A stretch of DNA of 62,260 nt, counting the filler. It is 9 parts of 9 records of this genome, joined end to end, with 100 filler letters (N's around TTAATTAATTAA, not from the genome) between each part and the next. Parts side by side here need not be neighbours in the genome. Positions count along the whole stretch, not along the records: positions 31,770 to 42,382 come from SRR31156797_112687; positions 42,483 to 50,264 come from SRR31156797_113390; 7 more parts are not named here. One strand, written 5' to 3'. Within the stretch, counting starts at the first letter, position 1. Every line of letters starts with the position of its first letter. Shown one piece after another: positions 36,344 to 46,106 of this stretch. The notes under the pieces are model-generated. The model was not told where the DNA came from and made no database searches. It saw only the letters and a list, made by a program, of their open reading frames with translations. Both the position numbers and the translations under genes were made by a program.

Positions 36344-39300
36344 CTAGCTTTTTTCAAGCCCTCCCGAAACATCGGGCGCTGTTGTTTTTTCCGATCGTTT
36401 CTTCTGTTTGGGGCTACCGGTCCGTTTGAGAAACAGATAGATCAGGACGGGCACTACAATCACGGTTAGTCCCGTTGAGGCCAGGGTGCCGAAGATAAGG
36501 GAAATGGCCAGACCGCAAAAGACCGGATCGGTCAGCATAATGGCCGAGCCGAGGCTTACCGCCATTGCCGTCAGTAATATGGGGCGGATACGGGTAGCGC
36601 CCGCTTGCTTTACGGCTTCAGTTAGGGGCATCCCCGTATCAAGATTGTCCAGCACGAAATCGATAATCAGCAGTGAATTGCGCACCACGACGCCGGCCAG
36701 GGCAATGACCCCGATCATTGAGGGTCCGCTAAACTCTTTCCCCAATAGCCAGTGGCCGGGAAAAACGCCGATAAGGCCCAAAGGGATGGCGGACATGGCC
36801 ACAATGGGAATAATGAAAGACTTGTAATACCCCACCAAAAGCAGAAAGATGACGGCAACGGAAACGCTCATGGCATGTGACTGATCCCTGAAAAAGTCAA
36901 GGGACTGACGGATTTCGCCATCCCATAAAATCTCATACCCGTCAATGGTATCCGGCATCTCCGGATCGCTGGTCAGATTTCCCGTGGATATTTTATAATC
37001 CTTGTTTACGGCCATGCCATCCAAACGCCGGTTCAGATCCAGCACGGCGTAAAAGGGCGCCGTACACGCGAGAAGTTCCCCCGTCACATAGACCACCTGC
37101 TCGTTTTCTTTATGCAGGATCGGCCTGTCTTTCCAGGCGGGAACCACCCTTGTCACTTCAGACAGGGGAACTTTTTCTCCCTTGCGGTTTGTCACAAAGA
37201 CGCCGGAGAGCAGAAGCGGATCAATCTGATGTTTGCGCGGTACGTGAAGTCGTATGGGGACTGGATTTTTTTCATCCGGGATATGGACTCTCCCCATTTT
37301 CTCTCCGCTGAACAGTCGGCGTAGAACCTGCGCAGCCTGGCCCGTATTGACGCCGGAAAGAGATGCCTTTTCCTTATCCACAACCATGCGATATTCACGT
37401 ACATCCTCGACTTCGGAACTATCCACTTCAACAACGCCGTAGGTTTTTTTGAACGCATTTTCGACCTTTTGTGAAAGCATGCGCAACACCTTGGGGTCGG
37501 ACCCATAAATTTCCGCAATCAGGGTCGCACGAACCGGTGGACCGGGCGGATCTTCCACAAGATGAATGACGCTTCCCGGATAACGTTTTTCAATGGTCTC
37601 GATGGATGGACGCAGTTTGGCGACAATTTCGATGGACGATACACTTCGTTTCCGTTTATCGGTCAGATTCACCCGGATTTCCGCTAAATGAGCCCCCTTT
37701 TTGTTGCTCCCGCCCCGTAACAATCCGTTAAAATCAACCACCCCCCCGGTGCCCACATAGGCCTGATAGTCGGTCACAAACCGTTGTTTTCTTAGCACTT
37801 CACACACTTCACGGGCAATTTGGTCCGTCACTTCCAGAGGGGTGCTTTCCGTCATATCGATGGCGATATTGAAAGTGTTCTGATTGTCTTTCGGCGACAT
37901 TTTCAGAGAAACGGCCCCCGGTGAGAGAGCGCCGCCCACGCCCTGCGGCCTGAAAAACTGCCATGCCGGCTGCAACAATGAGCCCGCGATAAGCAATACC
38001 ACGGCAATGAACAGGATGCAGCGGGGCCAGATTTTAACAAGGAAGGGTGAAAGGACCGCCGAATAGAATCGCGGTAAACGTCCCCCGGATGAATGCTTTT
38101 TGCCCCCTCCTTTTCCTGTTTTGAGCCATCGGCAGGCTGCCCACGGCGTAACGATGTAGGCGACCAGCAGTGATGCAAACATGGCGATTGGAACATTGAA
38201 CGTAATGGGGAAGAAATACTGTCCGGACATGCCCGTAAGAAAAATCAGAGAAGCAAATACAACCATGATGGCAAATGTGGCAAGATTTGTGGGGTTCCCG
38301 ATTTCGTTGGTAGCCTGCACCGTGGCCGAACTTTTTTCGGTCTCCTCGTTCCCCAAAAGGTTGTAATGCCGATTGATATTCTCGATTACCACAATCGCCG
38401 CGTCAACAAGCATGCCGAGCGACAGGATAAGTGCAAACAGGGTGATGCGGTTGATGGTGGGCCCGAAGAGCAGGTCGGCTCCCAGGGTCAGCGCCAGAAT
38501 CAATGGAACCGTAATTCCGACGATCAACGCCTCCTTGAACCCCAGAAACAGGGCGATTACAATGAAGACGGTAACAACTGCTATTCCCAGATGTTCAAGA
38601 AGCGTGTTGACCGCCGCATCTGCCTTGTTGCCGTCATTTCTGGTCACAACCACATTGACTTCTGACGGCACAAAATTCTTTTCCATCCGATGGATACGTT
38701 CCAAAATATCATTGGCGACAAAAACGGCATTGGTATCCTTTTTCTTGGCAACCGCCAGGGTTACGGCCGCCATGTCATGGTCCGCACCGGTTCCGAACCG
38801 AGGGTCGGCCGGACCGAATCCGAAGCGCGAAACCGAATCCCGTTCCACGGGGGGTGCGTCTACGATGTCCGCGACGTCTTCAAGGTAAATGGGTCGTCCC
38901 CCATGAATGCCCACAATCAACCCGGAAACCTTTTCAAGAGAAGAGAGATTGCCGTCCAGATAGATGGAGAGGTTTTTGTTTCCCTGGACCAAATCCCCCA
39001 TTGGGGCCGACACATTGCCTGCCGCCAGCATTCCCCTGATCTGATCAATGGTTATTTGAAAGGCCTGAAGACGTTCCGGATCCAGTTCGATGCGAATCTC
39101 CCGGTCCCTGCCTCCGAACACATAGGCCGCCGATACCTTTTCAAGGCTTCTGAGCCTTTCAACCATACGGTCGGCCAACCGTTTCAGGGCATAATCATCA
39201 TAAATTTCCGATGAGAGCGTTATGGTCACAATGGGAACATCATCCACGTCCATGCTTTTTATGATCGGTTGGCCCGTTCCGGATGGAAAAAGGTCCCTGC

Positions 39301-39667
39301 TGCCAAGGACTTTATCATACAGCTTGACCAATGATTTTTGTTTGTCCTCGCCGCATTCAAACCGCACGGTGACGATGCCCACTGAATTCAAAGCCGTGGA
39401 ATAGATATGGTCAACACGCGGGATTTCACTGATGATGCGTTCAAGTGGAACGATCAGCAACTCTTCCACTTCAGAGGCGCTGGCACCGGGGAGCGTGAGG
39501 GTTACTTCGGCAGCTGGAACAATGATTTGCGGATTTTCCTCCCTGGGCGTGAACATGACGGCAAGTATACCGAGCAGCGCACATGCCAATATGAACAAAA
39601 TCGTCAATTTCGACGTGATAAAGGTTCTTGCCAGCCAACCCGCCGGATTCAGGCCCTTACTTTCCAT
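36344..39667 (-). CDS. AcrB/AcrD/AcrF-family RND efflux permease
   Basis: 1107 aa; LGMLVDAAIVVIEN, GVVVRNSLLIIDF, RIRPILLTA; N-terminal PREENPQI. Confidence 0.94.
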   Translation of the reverse strand: MESKGLNPAGWLARTFITSKLTILFILACALLGILAVMFTPREENPQIIVPAAEVTLTLPGASASEVEELLIVPLERIISEIPRVDHIYSTALNSVGIVTVRFECGEDKQKSLVKLYDKVLGSRDLFPSGTGQPIIKSMDVDDVPIVTITLSSEIYDDYALKRLADRMVERLRSLEKVSAAYVFGGRDREIRIELDPERLQAFQITIDQIRGMLAAGNVSAPMGDLVQGNKNLSIYLDGNLSSLEKVSGLIVGIHGGRPIYLEDVADIVDAPPVERDSVSRFGFGPADPRFGTGADHDMAAVTLAVAKKKDTNAVFVANDILERIHRMEKNFVPSEVNVVVTRNDGNKADAAVNTLLEHLGIAVVTVFIVIALFLGFKEALIVGITVPLILALTLGADLLFGPTINRITLFALILSLGMLVDAAIVVIENINRHYNLLGNEETEKSSATVQATNEIGNPTNLATFAIMVVFASLIFLTGMSGQYFFPITFNVPIAMFASLLVAYIVTPWAACRWLKTGKGGGKKHSSGGRLPRFYSAVLSPFLVKIWPRCILFIAVVLLIAGSLLQPAWQFFRPQGVGGALSPGAVSLKMSPKDNQNTFNIAIDMTESTPLEVTDQIAREVCEVLRKQRFVTDYQAYVGTGGVVDFNGLLRGGSNKKGAHLAEIRVNLTDKRKRSVSSIEIVAKLRPSIETIEKRYPGSVIHLVEDPPGPPVRATLIAEIYGSDPKVLRMLSQKVENAFKKTYGVVEVDSSEVEDVREYRMVVDKEKASLSGVNTGQAAQVLRRLFSGEKMGRVHIPDEKNPVPIRLHVPRKHQIDPLLLSGVFVTNRKGEKVPLSEVTRVVPAWKDRPILHKENEQVVYVTGELLACTAPFYAVLDLNRRLDGMAVNKDYKISTGNLTSDPEMPDTIDGYEILWDGEIRQSLDFFRDQSHAMSVSVAVIFLLLVGYYKSFIIPIVAMSAIPLGLIGVFPGHWLLGKEFSGPSMIGVIALAGVVVRNSLLIIDFVLDNLDTGMPLTEAVKQAGATRIRPILLTAMAVSLGSAIMLTDPVFCGLAISLIFGTLASTGLTVIVVPVLIYLFLKRTGSPKQKKRSEKTTAPDVSGGLEKS

Positions 39668-40760
39668 GTCCGAGCCTCATCACCTTCACCGTGTCCCCAT
39701 CGCGAAGGCGGGGAGGGACCATGGCCACGATGTATTCTCCCCCGCTAAGGCCCGCATTGACTTGCAACCGATCCGACCATTCCCTGCCCGTTCGAAGCCA
39801 ACGAAAACGCACCCGGTGTTGTTCATTCACCATGAACACCCCTTTCAACCCGCCCCTTGTAATGAGAGCGGAACGGGGAACAACCGGAGATCGCTCACTC
39901 CCGATAATAAAACGACACCTGCCGAACATTCCCGGCATCAACTTGGGTACGTCCGGCAAGGCAACTTTGACTCTATATCGCCGGGTCACCGGATCTCCCG
40001 AAGGAACCACCCTGGTAACCGTAGCGTTCAAGGGTTTTTCAAGCGCGTCAATGAGGATTAATACGGGATCTCCAACCCGAATGCCCCCAACCCTGGCTTC
40101 GGCGACATATGTTTCGAATAGAAGGTATCTGGTGGATTCCACCGTCAGGATCGGAGCACCGGGGGTTGCAAGATCGCCTTTCCGTTTCAACCGGTCAACC
40201 ACCACGCCGTTTACCGGGCTGGTGATTTTAATGTAGTTGCGCTGTGCCTTGGCCACCTGAAGGGCGGCCATGACTTCCCGGTAACTGTTTTCCGCCACAT
40301 CGCGTTGCAGACACATTTTTCTCAGGGAATTTTCAGACGTGCTGCCGCGGGCAAAGAGCGCTTCATAGCGTTGAACATCGGTTTCAGCATCCCGCAGGGC
40401 AGCCCGGGCCTTGGTCATGCTTGCCTGGGCTTGGCGTATGGCCCCTTCCACATCCGCATCATCAAGGGTTGCCAGCAACTGTCCCTTGACGATCTTTTCA
40501 CCTTCACGAACCGTTATCTTGCGGATAAAACCCATTATGCGTGAGGAAACCTGCACGCGTGCATCGGAAACAACCGAACCCGTGCTGACATATGAAACGG
40601 GAATGGGCTCATTGGGGACAACGACAACCTCCACATCATAGGTCGCGGCTTGAGATTCGCGGGCAATTGAGGATTCGGCGGAACAACCCGCCAAGAGGAG
40701 CACGACTCCCGCCGAGATAAAAAGAATTAAAACCCATTTTCCATTTTCATTGTTGACCAT
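39657..40760 (-). CDS. RND periplasmic adaptor (MFP) lipoprotein
   Basis: Lipobox LAGC; VREGEKIVKGQLLATLD, ITSPVNGVV, LMPGMFG; GAGG RBS before ATG 40760. Confidence 0.92.
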   Translation of the reverse strand: MVNNENGKWVLILFISAGVVLLLAGCSAESSIARESQAATYDVEVVVVPNEPIPVSYVSTGSVVSDARVQVSSRIMGFIRKITVREGEKIVKGQLLATLDDADVEGAIRQAQASMTKARAALRDAETDVQRYEALFARGSTSENSLRKMCLQRDVAENSYREVMAALQVAKAQRNYIKITSPVNGVVVDRLKRKGDLATPGAPILTVESTRYLLFETYVAEARVGGIRVGDPVLILIDALEKPLNATVTRVVPSGDPVTRRYRVKVALPDVPKLMPGMFGRCRFIIGSERSPVVPRSALITRGGLKGVFMVNEQHRVRFRWLRTGREWSDRLQVNAGLSGGEYIVAMVPPRLRDGDTVKVMRLGHGK

Positions 40761-40840
40761 GGCTTTTTCCTCATGTTGGTTTCCCCGAACGCGTCCGGGA
40801 AAGGCTGTCCGGTTTACAGGTAATCGGCAAAAACCCTTCT

Positions 40841-40900
40841 CTAATGAACTCCCCAAAAGATGACGTGGTTTTTTGGATAAACGAACGGTAATTTCATCAT
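40841..40900 (-). CDS. 19-aa small ORF / putative leader peptide MMKLPFVYPKNHVIFWGVH
   Basis: Perfect SD TAAGGAGG 2 and 5 nt before two tandem ATGs; lies between the putative TetR operator and the MFP gene. Not in the ORF track. Confidence 0.5.
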   Translation of the reverse strand: MMKLPFVYPKNHVIFWGVH

Positions 40901-40931
40901 GGCCTCCTTATCATTGCTGCATAAATCTATG

Positions 40932-40955
40932 AGACTAACTTCGTTTTTGAGTCTA
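40932..40955. promoter_or_regulatory. Putative TetR operator, copy upstream of the efflux operon
   Basis: AGACT-N13-AGTCT(A); related copy at 41577-41600. Confidence 0.55.
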
Positions 40956-40971
40956 ATAATACATAAAAAAA

Positions 40972-41553
40972 TTATTGTTTACTGATTCCCTTCAGGATAA
41001 TGTCCACCAGGGTATTTACGCTCATCCGAATTTCATCCCTTGTCAGGTTGGTGATCCAGGGATATTCCAAGCCCTTAAAGGCAAAAAAAATCGCCCGGGA
41101 AACAGGCTCAACGTCCGTTACCAGGAACAGCCCTTTGTCTCGACCGTATACAACCAAATTCTTTATGGTCGAAATCTCCCAGTGGGAATAATCGGATGTC
41201 AAATCCCTGATAAATCCATAGTGTTTCAGATGTTCATCCCTTATTGAAATGTATTGGTCAGCCTTCTCGTTGAGGTAATCCAGCCGTACGCCCACGAACA
41301 CCCTGAATTTCTCATAAGGGTCGTGTTCTTTTTCAACGGCATTGATAATAGCGGTTTTCAAGCCGGCAATTTCCGCTCTGATAACCGCGGAAAAGACATC
41401 TTCCTTGCTATTGAAATAATAATATAAGGTGCTTTTTCCCTTCCTTGCCGCCTTGGCGATGTCTTCCATGGTGGTTTTTTCCAGGCCGAAACGGAAAAAA
41501 AGCCTTGTTGCCTCGAAAACGATTGCCGCCTTTTGTTCGCCGCTACTTGTCAT
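40972..41553 (-). CDS. TetR/AcrR-family transcriptional regulator
   Basis: HTH GLEKTTMEDIAKAARKGKSTLYYYFNSKEDVF. Confidence 0.94.
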   Translation of the reverse strand: MTSSGEQKAAIVFEATRLFFRFGLEKTTMEDIAKAARKGKSTLYYYFNSKEDVFSAVIRAEIAGLKTAIINAVEKEHDPYEKFRVFVGVRLDYLNEKADQYISIRDEHLKHYGFIRDLTSDYSHWEISTIKNLVVYGRDKGLFLVTDVEPVSRAIFFAFKGLEYPWITNLTRDEIRMSVNTLVDIILKGISKQ

Positions 41554-41576
41554 TTCCGTTCCCTGAACCGATCTTT

Positions 41577-41629
41577 CGACTTTATTTGTATTTTGGTCTA
41601 TTCATAGCAACGGTTTTCAAGCTTGTCAA
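41577..41629 (-). promoter_or_regulatory. tetR promoter with an adjacent operator copy
   Basis: Minus strand TTGACA-N17-TATGAA (41629-41601) directly followed by the element CGACT-N13-GGTCTA (plus strand, 41577-41600). Confidence 0.55.
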
Positions 41630-41754
41630 GTCATTATTTTGTCTATCCGGATTTTCGAAAAATCAGGTGGGGATATTTTCTCGAGCCAACCCAAGTTTGA
41701 GGCTTGGAAAATAAAAATTTGAGTTTTTTCAAAGGCAACCTGAAAGCGGATGCA

Positions 41755-42381
41755 TTAATTGGCCGCGGACTTCCCGGCATATTTCCTGAGCGCCTGAAAA
41801 TAGGCATCCACCTCAGGCGGGAGGGAGGTAAATCGTACCAAGTGGGTGTAACAATCACCTTCTGAACCCTGAACCACCTTCCCGTAAAAATCCCTCAAAG
41901 ATAACTTTCCACTCACATTTTCCAGGTTCATTTTCAAATTGGTCATGGGCTTGAGCATCCCCCCCAGATCAATTTCGGCACCGTTCTCCGATAATCTGAG
42001 CAAAAAACCGTCAAACCCTTTTATACCAACGTCTTTCCCTTCAAGCACCGTATATCTCAACGATATTTTCCCCGACATGGCAACAAAATCCGGATCCCTT
42101 GCATCCAAAGCGAGGTTGTATTGCCCGGAAATGCCACCCACCTCATAAATCCTCAGGGGTGATTTTGCGCCTTTGGGCAGGACATGGCGCTGGGAGTCAG
42201 TCCGCAGGATCTCGCCGGCTTCCTTGAATACGGATTCGGAAATAAGAATCTGCCCGCCTACCGTATAAGATTCGATCCGGCTGGTCATGTTTACACCGCT
42301 CCCTACCACGGCATATTTACTCCTCTTGGTCGAACCGATATTGCCGACGATTACTTCGGTTTCGTTGAGCCCGATTCCCAT
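41755..42381 (-). CDS. Class III adenylate/guanylate cyclase, C-terminal fragment with PilZ-like tail
   Basis: MGIGL...VIVGNIGSTKRSKYAVVGSGVNMTSRIES, GQILISES, PKG; then LSENGAEI...FYGKVV...VRFTSLPPE. Confidence 0.88.
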   Translation of the reverse strand: MGIGLNETEVIVGNIGSTKRSKYAVVGSGVNMTSRIESYTVGGQILISESVFKEAGEILRTDSQRHVLPKGAKSPLRIYEVGGISGQYNLALDARDPDFVAMSGKISLRYTVLEGKDVGIKGFDGFLLRLSENGAEIDLGGMLKPMTNLKMNLENVSGKLSLRDFYGKVVQGSEGDCYTHLVRFTSLPPEVDAYFQALRKYAGKSAAN

Positions 42382-42382
42382 C

Positions 42383-42482
42383 NNNNNNNNNNNNNNNNNN
42401 NNNNNNNNNNNNNNNNNNNNNNNNNNTTAATTAATTAANNNNNNNNNNNNNNNNNNNNNNNNNNNNNNNNNNNNNNNNNNNN
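42383..42482. other. Artificial contig spacer 6
   Basis: Same linker. Confidence 0.99.
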
Positions 42483-42483
42483 C

Positions 42484-43224
42484 GCCGGCATGGCCCATGA
42501 GATCAACAACCCACTGGCCGGGATACTTCAGGCTGTGCAAAATATATATCGTAGAACCTCTCCGGATGTTCCGGCAAACACCAAAGTTGCTGAAAAAACA
42601 GGCTGCTCCTGTGATCAGATTAATAATTACCTTGAAGAACGAGGAATTGTCAGAATGCTGGACGGTATTCATTCCTCCGGCGAACGAGCGGCTAATATTG
42701 TTCGCACCATGTTAAATTTCACCCGCCGCAACGATGAAGGCATGAGCGTCTGCAACCTTAATCAACTTTTTGACGATATCATGAACATCATCACTTGCGA
42801 CTATGACCTTAAAAAGAAATATGATTTCAAACACACTAAAATAATTAAAGATTACCAGAAGAATCTAGGCGTGGTAAATTGTTTACGCATAGAAATTGAA
42901 CAAGTACTGCTAAATCTGGTAAAGAACGCTGCTTATGCCACTAACGAGATTTCTGACATACGAACTCCAACTATCATTCTGCGGACTAAAATGGATGACA
43001 AGTTTGTAACTGCCGAAGTGGAAGATAACGGTCCCGGCATGAGCCCTGAAGTGAAAAGGCGGGTGTTTGAACCTTTTTTCACCACCAAATCTCCTGGTGT
43101 TGGAACCGGACTTGGACTTTCTGTCTCATATTTTATAATAACCCAGAACCACAAAGGCACATTTGATATTGAAACCGAGATCGGTAAAGGAACAAAATTC
43201 ATCATAAAAATACCTATTATATGA
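42484..43224 (+). CDS. NtrB-type sensor histidine kinase, C-terminal fragment
   Basis: AGMAHEINNPL, QVLLNLVKNA, DNGPGM, FEPFFTTK, GTGLGL. Confidence 0.93.
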   Translation, partial: AGMAHEINNPLAGILQAVQNIYRRTSPDVPANTKVAEKTGCSCDQINNYLEERGIVRMLDGIHSSGERAANIVRTMLNFTRRNDEGMSVCNLNQLFDDIMNIITCDYDLKKKYDFKHTKIIKDYQKNLGVVNCLRIEIEQVLLNLVKNAAYATNEISDIRTPTIILRTKMDDKFVTAEVEDNGPGMSPEVKRRVFEPFFTTKSPGVGTGLGLSVSYFIITQNHKGTFDIETEIGKGTKFIIKIPII

Positions 43225-43646
43225 CAATCATTATGAATAAAAAACTAATCTTTATGATTCTGGCAATGCTGGTGCTTACCTGTCCTGCTTGCGCTAAAAA
43301 ACCTGTCCTCTACCCTAACGAACAATACAAAAAGGCAGGAGAAGCAAAAGTTTCGGAAGAGATCGCCTATTGCATGGATTTTGCGGAAAAAAGTGTCGGC
43401 AACACATCCAGAGGAAAAACCTCGGTTAAAACCGGAATTCAGGGCGGGCTGATCGGAGGAGCGGTCGGACTTGGGATTGGTATAGTAACCGGAAGTCCCG
43501 GTTCTTCCGCATTGGCCGGAGCGGCAGGTGGTGCTGCCGGAGGAGCGGTCGGCGGGGCTGTTCAGGACAATCCTGATCCCCTGTACAGAAAATTCGTAGA
43601 ACGCTGTCTACGAGAGAAAGGCTACGAAACAATGGGCTGGAAATAA
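43221..43646 (+). CDS. Glycine-zipper lipoprotein
   Basis: Signal peptide with Cys (PAC-AKK); GGLIGGAVGLGIG...AGAAGGAAGGAVGG; CLREKGY. Start may be 43233. Confidence 0.8.
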   Translation: MTIIMNKKLIFMILAMLVLTCPACAKKPVLYPNEQYKKAGEAKVSEEIAYCMDFAEKSVGNTSRGKTSVKTGIQGGLIGGAVGLGIGIVTGSPGSSALAGAAGGAAGGAVGGAVQDNPDPLYRKFVERCLREKGYETMGWK

Positions 43647-43655
43647 TTCCGGCCC

Positions 43656-44447
43656 TTAAAAACCATCATGTACAGGAATATATTTAAACATTATTTTCTT
43701 GTACATACCGTCTTTTTTCATTTTCTTAAGCTCAGCACTTACTTTCTTAAAAGCTTCAGGATCTTTCTTACGTGAAAAAGCAAGATATGTGTCCGACTTA
43801 GAATAAACAAATGGCAAGCCTGTTTTCGGATCTAATACAGCTTCAATTTTATCTAGCAGACCATGATCATTTAAGAAACTCAATGCCGGATAATAATCAG
43901 CAAAAAAGAAATCTATTCTGCCCAGAAGCAGCTTCTTTGTATTAAGGTCAATATTGGCTACTTCTTCAATTCGCTTGAATAATTTATTTTTCAAAGCCCT
44001 AGCTACCTTCTCTCCATAGTAAAAAGCCCGCCCGACACCACCGATATACTTCTCCGCCCCAACAAAATCTGCCGAAAAATATGTATCAGTACCAGCTAGA
44101 CGCAAAGCCACCACTTTTTCTGTTATCAGAACCGTATCCGGATACCTTAAAAATTTATTACGTTCTTCATTAAAACCAGCATTAAAAACAGCATCTGCCG
44201 TTCCCTTTTCTGCCATGGTCATGGCTCTTTTCCATGGCACGATACGTATATCCGGAGTGTAACCAGCCCGCTTAACTGCCTCGGAAACTATTTCGACCAG
44301 AAAGCCAGTTGGTTTTCCATTCTCAAGATAAGTTTGGGGAGGAGTATCCAAAGTCACAAGGATAAGGCTTTTAGCACTTAGCACAGGCGGAAAAACCAAT
44401 AAGACAAAAAAAACAAACAGATAAAGTCTCAACACAACTCTTTCCAC
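43656..44447 (-). CDS. Extracellular solute-binding protein, family 3
   Basis: Signal peptide; PPQTY...GFLVEIVSEA, PWKRA, LLLGRIDFF, YLAFS, MKKDGMYKKI. Confidence 0.88.
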   Translation of the reverse strand: MERVVLRLYLFVFFVLLVFPPVLSAKSLILVTLDTPPQTYLENGKPTGFLVEIVSEAVKRAGYTPDIRIVPWKRAMTMAEKGTADAVFNAGFNEERNKFLRYPDTVLITEKVVALRLAGTDTYFSADFVGAEKYIGGVGRAFYYGEKVARALKNKLFKRIEEVANIDLNTKKLLLGRIDFFFADYYPALSFLNDHGLLDKIEAVLDPKTGLPFVYSKSDTYLAFSRKKDPEAFKKVSAELKKMKKDGMYKKIMFKYIPVHDGF

Positions 44448-44604
44448 CTCCTTTAAATTTCAACTATATAGTACCATCAAAAACATGCCGAAACAATCCA
44501 ATCATTTCATAGCCCAAGGCACGGATAAGGATTTCAACTATTTTTGAATTTAGGGTATCTTTAAAAAAACAACACTAACAATAATAAAATAATTCGATTT
44601 GGTG

Positions 44605-44631
44605 TTAAGTTTCTCCTGTTAATGCCGATCA
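44605..44631 (+). promoter_or_regulatory. Sigma28 (FliA)-type promoter
   Basis: TTAAGTTT-N11-GCCGATCA versus consensus TAAAGTTT-N11-GCCGATAA; 40 nt upstream of ATG 44671. Confidence 0.7.
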
Positions 44632-44670
44632 TTTTTGTAATGCGGTTTAAACTATAAAAATGGCTAAATT

Positions 44671-46077
44671 ATGTTGAGATTATTGACCATACTTATCACT
44701 ACACTCCTGCTGCCTACGCTGGCCTTTGCATGGCCGGGTAAAATCGTGGCTGTGGAAGGAGCAACGTCTTTTATTGTACTCAAAAATGGTCAAACACCAG
44801 TAAAGGTTAGTATTCCCGGAGTAAAAGCTGCACCAGGGTTAGATGCAGCCAAAGCCCGCCTTGAAAGCAGCAATCTCGTCCTCATGCGTGAGGTTGAAGT
44901 AAGAGAGATCAACAAGATCGACGACGGAGCCATCATCGGCGACATAACTATTGATGGGAAATCCATATCCAAAGAACTCCTTGATGAAGGAATAGTGCAA
45001 AGCACAGCTCAGGCCGCGCCGGCAATTGATACCAAACCGGTAGAAATCCCCAAGGAAGTTACTCAACCAACCACTCCTGCTAAGCAGACCCCAACTATTC
45101 AAACAGAACCTGCTCCAGCTACAAAAGCGAGTGCAGCAGAAATTACTGACGACCTTTTTCCGAAATCATCGCCGCAACCAGTACCTCAAGTTTCACAAAA
45201 ACCGATTCATGCAACAGTACAACAATCGCAACAGGTTCAACCTCAACAACAAGTTCGATATGTTCGTGTGTACCAGCCTCAACAACAATTAGGACTATGG
45301 CCGGGACGCCCCGCCCCGACTGTTGCACAGCACTCTGCGCCACAGGTATTTCATGTTCAGCAACCCGGACTGCAACAAATCCAAGGAACGATCCCGACAG
45401 CACAACAGCAAGGTGCTCCAATACAGATGCAAAATCCGGGAGACGCCGCAAAACGCGATTATGAACTGGCCGTAAAAGTTCAAAAAAAATCAAGAAGGAC
45501 CAAAAACAAAGGTTTCTTTGTACCCAAGAAAAAGTCCGAGACATTCGTAGGAGTTGGAGGAGGGGCACAGGCTTCCATGACTTCTAAAAGTGACGCACCC
45601 TATTCCTCATTCGGTGGACTGGGTGGGATATCGGCACGCCACTTCTACCCTTCCGGATTAGGTATCGGCGGTGACTTTTTCCTGAGTAGTTCTTCCGGAA
45701 CTTCCGGAACTTACGGCACAACTTATTATGACAACGGAACCGTCAACACCAACGGAACAGACTACGATTATAAGAACAAAAGTTTCACCACATATACCTT
45801 TACAGGTTCATTGCTCTACAGGTTCTATGCTGACAAAAACTTTACCCCGTACATAGCTGCCCATGGTGGATATTCCTTCTTTGATTATCCGGGAACCATA
45901 TTCAAAATATCTGACGGTGCCCCCGTTGCTGGTGGCGGAGCTGGATTCCTTTATGAATTCGACTCCGGCTTCACCATCGGTCTTGACTCCCGTTACCTGA
46001 AGACCTTTGGAGCCAAAAAGGATGACCCCAGTGGTTTCTTCGACACAATATTCAACATAGGTTACACGTTCGACTGA
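44671..46077 (+). CDS. Fusion of degenerate SNase/thermonuclease-like domain, Pro/Gln-rich linker and outer-membrane beta-barrel
   Basis: Signal peptide AFA-W; SNase-like spacing with catalytic motifs lost; low-complexity P/Q/T linker; C-terminal strands FTPYIAAHGGY...GGGAGFLY...FNIGYTFD. Confidence 0.65.
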   Translation: MLRLLTILITTLLLPTLAFAWPGKIVAVEGATSFIVLKNGQTPVKVSIPGVKAAPGLDAAKARLESSNLVLMREVEVREINKIDDGAIIGDITIDGKSISKELLDEGIVQSTAQAAPAIDTKPVEIPKEVTQPTTPAKQTPTIQTEPAPATKASAAEITDDLFPKSSPQPVPQVSQKPIHATVQQSQQVQPQQQVRYVRVYQPQQQLGLWPGRPAPTVAQHSAPQVFHVQQPGLQQIQGTIPTAQQQGAPIQMQNPGDAAKRDYELAVKVQKKSRRTKNKGFFVPKKKSETFVGVGGGAQASMTSKSDAPYSSFGGLGGISARHFYPSGLGIGGDFFLSSSSGTSGTYGTTYYDNGTVNTNGTDYDYKNKSFTTYTFTGSLLYRFYADKNFTPYIAAHGGYSFFDYPGTIFKISDGAPVAGGGAGFLYEFDSGFTIGLDSRYLKTFGAKKDDPSGFFDTIFNIGYTFD

Positions 46078-46106
46078 CTGCATCCAAAACCCAACATTAC
46101 AACCCG

